Of a stretch of DNA of 64,000 nucleotides, positions 56,059-64,000 are shown piece after piece. Numbering within the stretch: position 1 is the first letter of the stretch; every line of letters begins with the position of its first letter. The notes below the pieces were generated by a model, which saw only the letters and a program-made list of their open reading frames with translations, ran no database searches and was not told the origin of the DNA. Source of the DNA: Histomonas meleagridis 2922-C6/04-290x (taxonomy: Eukaryota; Protista; Parabasalia); assembly GCA_020184695.1 (NCBI GenBank), contig JAANOX010000258.1:1-64000 (forward strand), in the 5' to 3' direction. A program made the position numbers and the translations under genes.

Positions 56059-59000
56059 ATGTGTTTTTTTCATACAATATTTTCTTTTCAAGCATACCAA
56101 ATTTACATCGAAGATAACCAAACTCTAATTGCCCTAAGTGAAGATGATATCTCATCCATTTACAGTTTCACTGCAGAGCATGTTCTAATTTGTGGGGAAA
56201 TACGTGAAATAAGCGCAAACACATTTGATTCTTGGCATTGCCTTATGACAGTTACTATTGGTAATTCTGTTATTTCGATTGGTGACTCTGCATTTATTCT
56301 ATGTAGTTCTTTAAAAACAGTCACAATGTCAAACTCAGTCACCTCAATTGGGAAATATACATTTAATTTATGTATGAGCTTAGAATCAATTACTCTTAGT
56401 GAAAATTTAACCTCTATTTCAGAAGCTACATTCTTAAGTTGTTACAATTTAAAGTCCATCACCATTCCAAACTTAGTTATTTCTATTGGCTCCAAAGCAT
56501 TTAGAGAGTGCACCAGTCTATTAACGATATCACTTGGGAAGAATACAAATATAATTGAAAATGAAGCATTTTCAGGTTGTACTTCATTAAAGAACATCAA
56601 ATTTTCAACCACTCTTACATCTATCGGTGATTACACCTTTACGAAATGCAAATCGTTAGAAAATGTTTTTTTTCCAAGTTTAACTTATATTGGTTCATAT
56701 TGTTTCTATCAATGCAATGGCCTAAAGGATATTTCATTTCCTTTACTTGAAGAAACTAATGATTATTCTTTTGGTGATTGTTCCAATTTAGAGACCATAA
56801 ATTTACCAATCTTGAAAATAATATGTTTTTATTCTTTTTCTTTTTGTTCTAAGTTAATAAGTATTAGTTTTCCTTCTGTAACTTTAATTTCTGATTGTGC
56901 TTTTTTTTGTTGCTTAGGATTAAATTCATTGAGTTTTCCATGTGTTAAAAGAATTGGCGATCGTGCGTTTGATTCTTGTATTTCTCTTACAAAGGCAAAC
57001 TTTCCACAATTAGTTGAAGCCGGTTCATATGTTTTTAATACATGTCATTCGCTTGAAAAATTCCGTGCGAATAATTTAAAGAATTGTAGTAGTTATTTTT
57101 TCCATGGCCAAAATTCGATTTATAGCTTTGAATTACAAAGCATTGAGTATGTTCCTGACTATTTATTTGCGAACCAATTAATTAAAATCATTGATTTAAC
57201 TAATTGTATAAAACTTGGAAGTTTTTGTTTTGTAAATGCAACTTTTGGAGAAGGATTAAAATTTAATTTTTATTTAAATGTAAAAGAAATTGGCGATTAT
57301 TGTTTTTATAATGTCAATACTTTATTTTGTTTAATAGCATCTAATTTGGAATATATAGGAATTGGTGCTTTTAAAAATTGTACATCACTTGAAACCATTG
57401 ATGTGGATAACATTATTAAATGTTGTGATTTTGCTTTCCAAAACTGTATAAATTTACCAGGTTCTTTCACTTTTAATTGTATGACTTATTTAGGAAATGA
57501 TGTTTTTAAAGGAACAAAATTAACAAAATTTGTTGCTAAGAATTTAATTGAAATTGGAGAGAAATGTTTTAAAGACCAAATTTTTTTAGAATATTTAAGA
57601 ATTCCAAAAGTTGAGAAAATTGGAACTGAATGTTTCATGAATTCTGGAATTACAAGTTTTGATTTCCCTAATATTAAATCAATTGGTATAAATTGTTTTG
57701 CATATTGTAATGGATTACAAAATATATCAAATAATGAAATTAATATAATCGAAAAATACTCATTTTATAATTGTGAAAATATTTTTTCTGTTTCTTTTTC
57801 TAATTTGACTGAAATACGAGAAAATGCATTTTGTAATTGTATAAATCTTACTTTAATAACATTTCCAAAGTTACAAATAATTAATGAAAATGCATTTGCG
57901 AATTGTATATCACTTAAATCTATTGTTCTTCCAAACGTTACTTCAATTGGAATAAATGCATTTAGAAATTGTAGTGCACTTGAAATAGTCGAAATGCAGA
58001 ATCTTCAATTCATTAATTATAATCCATTCGAAAGTTGTATTTCTCTAAAAACATTTAATTTTACGAATTTAGTGTCAATTGGAAACAACACGTTCCAAAA
58101 CTGTACTTCATTAACGACATTTGATTCTCCTAAATTAGAGAGAATTGAAGATAATGCATTTTTGAATTGTACTTCTCTAAAAACATTTATTTCTTCTAAT
58201 TTAGTATCAATTGGAAACAACGCATTCCAAAATTGTTCTTCACTAATATCATTTGATTCTCCTAAATTAGAGAAAATTGAAAATAATGCATTTTTATATT
58301 GTGTTTCTCTAAAAACATTTAATTCACCGATTTTAACAATAATTGGAAACAATGTTTTTGAAAATTGTACTTCTCTAATATCATTTGATTCTCCTAAATT
58401 AGAGAAAATTGAAAATAATGCATTTTTGAATTGTATTTCTCTAAAAACATTTGTTAATTCTAATTTAATATCAATTGGAAACAACATTTTCGAAAATTGT
58501 TATTCGTTAACTGTATTCGATTCTCCTAAATTAGAGAAAATTGAAAATAATGCATTTTTGAACTGTGTTTATCTAAAAACATTTAACTCACCGAATTTAG
58601 TATCAATTGGAAACAACATTTTCGAAAATTGTTATTCGTTAACTGCATTTGATTCTCCTAAATTAACATCAATTAGTAACAATGTATTCGAAAATTGTAA
58701 TTCATTAACTACAGTTAATTTTAATAATGTTCAAACAATTGGACTTTATTCATTCAAGAATTGCAGTTCATTAATAACAATTGACTTACCTAATCTTAAA
58801 ACACTTGGAAACAATGCATTCGAAAATTGCGCATCATTAAAATCGATTTCATTTCCTATTCTTGAAACTCTTTCACAAAACGCATTTAAGAATTGCATTT
58901 CTCTTATCAATATCTCACTTGATAACATCACAACAATTGGTCAATACTCATTCACAAGTTGCACATCTCTCTCTACAATAAATCTTTCAACAACAGAACG

Positions 59001-59727
59001 CATTTGTTCGAACGCTTTTTCCGATTGTTATACATTAACGAATGTTACATTCGATAAAGTTACAACGATTGAATCATATGCATTTTTAAATTGCAGATCA
59101 ATCGAAACAATTGAATTCAAACAATTGTCGACAATCGAAAAAAATGTATTTGAGAATTGTACATCGCTTCAAACAGTAGTCTTAGAACACTTGACAAGAA
59201 TAAATGGCGATTGTTGCTTCAAAGGATGTACATCTCTTTCATATGTGCATTTCCCGATGTTACTAAATGTTCCACTTCGTGCATTTAACATATTCCAAAA
59301 ATGCTATTCGTTATCAGTCATTTCGTTGCCTGAAAATCCGCCGAAATTTAATTCGAAGATATTCGAAGCTACAAATCGAACGAAAGTTCAAAGAAGTGGA
59401 AAATATTTATATAACATTACGTTGTGTCTTCCTTTGAGAAGTAATTACCAAAGATATAATGTGAATAATACAAATGAATGGAATAAAATTCTCGCAATTG
59501 AGCCAAGTAATTACTTTGAGGTGTGTATAGATACGAAAGATAAAGAAACAGCTGCTTCGGGTACAAATTGGGTGCCAATCGTGGCAAGCGTCTGCGCTGC
59601 TTCCGTTGTGGTGGTTGTTATCTTTGTGATTGTATTTGTTAAATATTATAAGAAGTCAAAAGATTTAAATTCGCAACTGTTTCAACGAATTTTGCTGACT
59701 TCGGAAGTGATTGAAGATTTTGGATAA
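56059..59727 (+). CDS. Large BspA-like LRR_5 type I membrane protein, 1222 aa
   Basis: Dozens of xFPxLxxIxxxAFxxCxxL repeats, then a TM helix (VPIVASVCAASVVVVVIFVIVFV) and the tail LTSEVIEDFG. Confidence 0.92.
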   Translation: MCFFHTIFSFQAYQIYIEDNQTLIALSEDDISSIYSFTAEHVLICGEIREISANTFDSWHCLMTVTIGNSVISIGDSAFILCSSLKTVTMSNSVTSIGKYTFNLCMSLESITLSENLTSISEATFLSCYNLKSITIPNLVISIGSKAFRECTSLLTISLGKNTNIIENEAFSGCTSLKNIKFSTTLTSIGDYTFTKCKSLENVFFPSLTYIGSYCFYQCNGLKDISFPLLEETNDYSFGDCSNLETINLPILKIICFYSFSFCSKLISISFPSVTLISDCAFFCCLGLNSLSFPCVKRIGDRAFDSCISLTKANFPQLVEAGSYVFNTCHSLEKFRANNLKNCSSYFFHGQNSIYSFELQSIEYVPDYLFANQLIKIIDLTNCIKLGSFCFVNATFGEGLKFNFYLNVKEIGDYCFYNVNTLFCLIASNLEYIGIGAFKNCTSLETIDVDNIIKCCDFAFQNCINLPGSFTFNCMTYLGNDVFKGTKLTKFVAKNLIEIGEKCFKDQIFLEYLRIPKVEKIGTECFMNSGITSFDFPNIKSIGINCFAYCNGLQNISNNEINIIEKYSFYNCENIFSVSFSNLTEIRENAFCNCINLTLITFPKLQIINENAFANCISLKSIVLPNVTSIGINAFRNCSALEIVEMQNLQFINYNPFESCISLKTFNFTNLVSIGNNTFQNCTSLTTFDSPKLERIEDNAFLNCTSLKTFISSNLVSIGNNAFQNCSSLISFDSPKLEKIENNAFLYCVSLKTFNSPILTIIGNNVFENCTSLISFDSPKLEKIENNAFLNCISLKTFVNSNLISIGNNIFENCYSLTVFDSPKLEKIENNAFLNCVYLKTFNSPNLVSIGNNIFENCYSLTAFDSPKLTSISNNVFENCNSLTTVNFNNVQTIGLYSFKNCSSLITIDLPNLKTLGNNAFENCASLKSISFPILETLSQNAFKNCISLINISLDNITTIGQYSFTSCTSLSTINLSTTERICSNAFSDCYTLTNVTFDKVTTIESYAFLNCRSIETIEFKQLSTIEKNVFENCTSLQTVVLEHLTRINGDCCFKGCTSLSYVHFPMLLNVPLRAFNIFQKCYSLSVISLPENPPKFNSKIFEATNRTKVQRSGKYLYNITLCLPLRSNYQRYNVNNTNEWNKILAIEPSNYFEVCIDTKDKETAASGTNWVPIVASVCAASVVVVVIFVIVFVKYYKKSKDLNSQLFQRILLTSEVIEDFG
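58030..58690 (+). repeat. Recent intragenic tandem expansion of 66-nt LRR units (alternating two-unit block)
   Basis: Recurrent gattctcctaaattagagaaaattgaaaataatgcattttt and tcaattggaaacaac at 132-nt spacing. Confidence 0.85.
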
Positions 59728-60048
59728 TTTATAAATTAATAATTTTGTTTAGTGTTCGATATCGAAATATATTTTTTTACATAAATAAATTTGAATTTAT
59801 TTACATTGCTTATTGTTGAAAATCAAAAACTTTGGAGTGAACCGAATAACTGTACACATAAAAAATAACACGAAGTTAAACTGTTGTCAATTCACTTCTT
59901 TTTACGTTTAAAGAATTTTTTACTTTTTGATAAATGTATTCAAATATTTGCATATAAAATGATCGTAATATGCCTTTTGCATTCAAATATTTCTGGGCAC
60001 CGGAAAGAAAATTGATAATGTCTGTTTGATAAAAACAATTGGTTACTG

Positions 60049-63000
60049 ATGATCAATTCTATCGCAGCAAAGTTAATTAGTCATCTTTGCGGTGAATACA
60101 TTGAAGCAATTGATTCATCTAACCTTGAGACACAGATTTGGAATGGAAAAGCTCGTCTTGAAAAATTAATAATTTCAGAAAATGCATTAATAAACAAAAA
60201 ACTTCCATTTAGAATAAAAAGTGGTACAATAGGGTCAATTTCCCTTTCATTTCCATGGGGTAAACTTAGTTCAGAGCCATGTGTAGTTGATATCGAAAAT
60301 ATTTTTGTTATTTTAGATGTATGCGGTGCTGTTTTAGTTTCTCGTGATCTCCAAGTTGTTGCTCCCAAAATAGAAACTGAAAATGATAAAGCCAAAAATA
60401 ATAATAATGTTTCAAGTGGAAGCATATGGAGCGGTCTACTTCAAAAAGTAGTTGACAACCTTATAGTTAATGTTAAAAATATACATGTTCGCATTGAAGC
60501 TAAATCAAATGAAGAAAAATGTGTTGCATTTGGTGTAACAATTCCATCCATTAATGCATTTACAGTTGACGAAAACTTCCAAAAAGTATTTGTAACAGAA
60601 CACAAACTAACTTTAAAGAAAAAACTCACAATTCAAGACTTTGCAATTTATATTGATACTGATGTAACTGAAATTGGCAAAGACAATTTCGATGAAAAAA
60701 TGCTTTCTGGTATTTCCAGTACACATCAGCATATTTTAAAGCCTTTTACCTTTGATGGTATTCTAACTCATTCAGATGATGTTACCATTGATTTTGCTAA
60801 TGACTTTAATATTATTACCACAACATTAAATCTTTCATTGGACATACTTCAATTCCGTGGTTTATCTGTCTTAAAAGATCAATATTCTAAATTTTGTAAA
60901 CAACGCCTTTATAGTCAATGTGGGAAACCTGATCGATTACCTAGGAGTGTGCGATCATCAGGCTTATGGTGGCGTTATATTCATCGAACCACTTTAGTCA
61001 AGAACAAAACTAAAATTTTTAACTTTTCGAATGCGCTTGAATTTTTCAAAAACCGCCGCAAATATTATGAACTTTACACGAACTATATTCAAAAAGTTGA
61101 TGGCTCTAAAATTCAATTAGACTCATTTGAAGAATCATTAGATCAAAGTACTGTTGTTCAATTAAGGTCATATGTTATAGCACTTAAATATCAGCAAACA
61201 CAAGATGTTAAAGAACAATTAACGCAAGAAGAAATCGATGAAATTTATAATATTCAAGAACAAAATCTTAATCGAAAGAATAACTTTAAAGTAAATTTAA
61301 ACATTAAATCATTAGGGTTTTCATTATTAAATGAATTTCAACAAAAGATTACTGAATTTAACATTAATGATGTAATAGCTAAAATGACGAAAATTGAATT
61401 TAACACTGAAACTTCATATGAAATATCATCGATAAATATATCGAATGAAATGAGTACAATTTATCCGAAAACGATATATAACGAAGGTTTATATGGTACT
61501 GTTTATACTAATCCTACAAAGCCTACGAAAATAATTTGTAATGTGAAACCTACAACAGCTATAGCTGACTTAGAACTTGTGAAACAAGTCATTAAATATG
61601 TGAAAATTAAAAAAGATAAAATTTTAATGGATCAAAAAGTTGATACAACTACAAATTCAATATCTCCTGCAACAAAATTACAATTACAATCTCTAATTGA
61701 TACACATATCATGTTTGATATAGATATTAAAGTAGAATCAACAAAATTAATTTTACCTTATTTAGCAATTAAAGAAAATATTCCAACGATAGAATTGAAT
61801 ATAAACAACATCAAAATTCAATCGAATTCTAATAAACCGAATTTCGATATCAATGATTTCAGTACTTTATACGAAAAGTACTTACTGAATTTAAACGGAA
61901 TCGAATTATATTTAAATAATCGAAAAGTTATTAATTCATTTAATATAAATTCTAATTTAAAGATTGCTATTGCTTATAGTGAATTATTCCCATCAATTAT
62001 AATGGATTGTGACTTTACAAAACTTTCATTAATGATAACAACAAATCAAATTTTATTAATATCACAATTAATGCTATATATTAAAGATTGTTTACCTAAA
62101 TCATCAACAAATAATAATAATAATAATAATAAATTAAGTGATTTAAGTTCATTTTCACCTGAACAATTTGTTCATGTTAAAATTCCATCATTAACATTAA
62201 CATTTGGTTATGAAGACAATGATTTCTATAAAATATTTATTGATAATGAAATTGATGTTAACATTAAAAAGAAAAAAGACATTAACATTACAATGTTAAC
62301 AGATGACATAAAAGCAAATGAATTTATAGTTGGCGGCGAAATATTATATGCGAAAAGAAACGAAGGGATTAAAGTGGAATGTAATATCTCAAAAGAGAAA
62401 CAAAACGTTGATATATATTTAGGTAATGTTAAATTCTTAGCCAAATCTAAAGCTATAAATGTTATTTTTGTCTTTGCTAAATCATATAAGAAATTTGATG
62501 TTAAATTTAAATATACAAAAGAAAGTTATTTCAACACAATTAAATATGAATCACCTAAAAAGACAAAACATTCCAAAAACATTAATGCAAATATTAATAT
62601 ACATATTGATGAATCAATCGTTCATGGTATACATGAAATAGAATTTGGTAAAGCGTTAATTGATTCATTATTAATTAATGTAATATTTAAAGGCGATAAT
62701 TTCACAGCTGATTTAACAATTAATAATCCAATTTTCACAACAGAATTAATGGGAAATTGGAAACAAATTGTCACAAGTCCTATTAAACCATTAAGAATTA
62801 TTGCGTCACCAATATCAGCTAAAGTTAATATCGAAGATGCTGAAGTAGTACTTTATCCACAATTTTTATTATATCAAATTTTACCATTTGTCAAAACTAT
62901 TAAAAGTACACATTCACATATCCCTGGTAATCCAGATACAATGCCACATTTTAATTATGATATTGAAGTCAAAAACGTAAAAGCGAAAGTTCTTTATCTA

Positions 63001-64000
63001 TTAGAAACTACTGATTATATTAATTTAAATGTCGGATTAGTTAAGTTTTATACAATACAAATACCAATGATACATAAAATAGAAATAAATGATATCAAAT
63101 TAATACATAATAATAATATGATATTAGATTTCCCTAAAATTGATATCGATTTATTATTCGGATTTTATCTTAAAAAAGAAAATGATATAACATTTAATAA
63201 AGATAATATCGAACAAATGAAAATAGATACAAATGAATTTATCGAAAATGAAACTTCAATTGATATTTTAGGTCATATAAATTATTGGTTTTATTCGATT
63301 GATTTAAATATTCAAACAGATTCATTTAAGTTTAATTATACTCATCAACTTGCGACACAAATTGTATCAATTATTAATACATTATTTATAAATAATAAAC
63401 AAAATCCATTCGATGAAAATGATGAAGAAAAAGATAAACCATTAAAAATCGGGTTAAATTTAGATGTTAAAAATCCATTTATCCTTATTAAAGATAAAGA
63501 TCCATTTTTAACATTAAACTTAACTGATTTTAATTTAAATATTATTGATGAGAAAGTAAATTTCGTTCTAAAGAAAATCGAAGTATTAAATGGTCGAAAT
63601 ATTGTATTACAATCAGAAACTGATAAATTCTTTGAAGGAAATTTAATTGATGACAAATTAAATTTATTATTGGATAAACTTACATTTACATTTTTGCCTT
63701 CATTAATACCAACAGTATTAGCGACAGTATCATATTTACCATTTCTACAATTAAATATTCCGGCGCGTTCTTCACCGAACAATGAAAATAAGAAAATTGA
63801 TATTAAATTTAAAGCTTTAGATATTAATGTAATAATACCATTTATCCAAACTAATTCTTTAATTAATATTCAAACATCATTAAAACTTAAACAAATTGAT
63901 AATAATTTATCATTTAAAGTCCCATCGATTTTAGCATTAATTAAACGAAGTGAAGATGATATTTCACCAATATTAAATCCAGTAACAATTACTTTTAATA
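60049..64000 (+). CDS. VPS13: VPS13-family lipid transfer protein, 5' part (runs off the window)
   Basis: Chorein_N start MINSIAAKLISHLCGEYIEAIDSSNLETQIWNGKARLEKL...GTIGSISLSFPWGKLSSEPCVVDIENIFVI. The frame was open at every position I spot-checked to 64000; it is absent from the ORF track, presumably because there is no stop. Confidence 0.88.
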   Translation, partial: MINSIAAKLISHLCGEYIEAIDSSNLETQIWNGKARLEKLIISENALINKKLPFRIKSGTIGSISLSFPWGKLSSEPCVVDIENIFVILDVCGAVLVSRDLQVVAPKIETENDKAKNNNNVSSGSIWSGLLQKVVDNLIVNVKNIHVRIEAKSNEEKCVAFGVTIPSINAFTVDENFQKVFVTEHKLTLKKKLTIQDFAIYIDTDVTEIGKDNFDEKMLSGISSTHQHILKPFTFDGILTHSDDVTIDFANDFNIITTTLNLSLDILQFRGLSVLKDQYSKFCKQRLYSQCGKPDRLPRSVRSSGLWWRYIHRTTLVKNKTKIFNFSNALEFFKNRRKYYELYTNYIQKVDGSKIQLDSFEESLDQSTVVQLRSYVIALKYQQTQDVKEQLTQEEIDEIYNIQEQNLNRKNNFKVNLNIKSLGFSLLNEFQQKITEFNINDVIAKMTKIEFNTETSYEISSINISNEMSTIYPKTIYNEGLYGTVYTNPTKPTKIICNVKPTTAIADLELVKQVIKYVKIKKDKILMDQKVDTTTNSISPATKLQLQSLIDTHIMFDIDIKVESTKLILPYLAIKENIPTIELNINNIKIQSNSNKPNFDINDFSTLYEKYLLNLNGIELYLNNRKVINSFNINSNLKIAIAYSELFPSIIMDCDFTKLSLMITTNQILLISQLMLYIKDCLPKSSTNNNNNNNKLSDLSSFSPEQFVHVKIPSLTLTFGYEDNDFYKIFIDNEIDVNIKKKKDINITMLTDDIKANEFIVGGEILYAKRNEGIKVECNISKEKQNVDIYLGNVKFLAKSKAINVIFVFAKSYKKFDVKFKYTKESYFNTIKYESPKKTKHSKNINANINIHIDESIVHGIHEIEFGKALIDSLLINVIFKGDNFTADLTINNPIFTTELMGNWKQIVTSPIKPLRIIASPISAKVNIEDAEVVLYPQFLLYQILPFVKTIKSTHSHIPGNPDTMPHFNYDIEVKNVKAKVLYLLETTDYINLNVGLVKFYTIQIPMIHKIEINDIKLIHNNNMILDFPKIDIDLLFGFYLKKENDITFNKDNIEQMKIDTNEFIENETSIDILGHINYWFYSIDLNIQTDSFKFNYTHQLATQIVSIINTLFINNKQNPFDENDEEKDKPLKIGLNLDVKNPFILIKDKDPFLTLNLTDFNLNIIDEKVNFVLKKIEVLNGRNIVLQSETDKFFEGNLIDDKLNLLLDKLTFTFLPSLIPTVLATVSYLPFLQLNIPARSSPNNENKKIDIKFKALDINVIIPFIQTNSLINIQTSLKLKQIDNNLSFKVPSILALIKRSEDDISPILNPVTITFN

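Overview
AT-rich eukaryotic DNA, almost certainly a parabasalid protist (Trichomonas/Tritrichomonas-like). This rests on BspA-type LRR surface proteins, DUF3447-ankyrin genes, an R2R3-Myb, a small Tim with a reduced Cys motif, compact genes and bacterial-type HAD and flavodoxin genes. Ordinary content includes RPS26, ARF, polyubiquitin, IFT25, DZIP1-like, VPS8-like, a VPS13 5' part, a DENN protein, two tRNA-Leu(AAG) genes and several pseudogenes. Key discovery: the three DUF3447-ankyrin genes look shattered in the ORF track, but they can be decoded by hand. In two of them the beta-hairpin codons (D-x-x-G-x-T) of almost every ankyrin repeat are split into single-codon (3-nt) exons separated by U-rich inserts of almost exactly 17 nt (20-nt periodicity). 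The third gene has one such insert per interrupted repeat. The inserts mostly start AT/GT/AA and end TT; none of the decoded inserts ends in AG. Removing 33 inserts from 277-2917 and 51 inserts from 26892-30800 restores continuous ORFs of 692 and about 1015 codons with textbook ankyrin consensus. This points to an apparently undescribed non-canonical micro-intron (or other 17-nt excision) system. Novelty could not be checked against the literature here.
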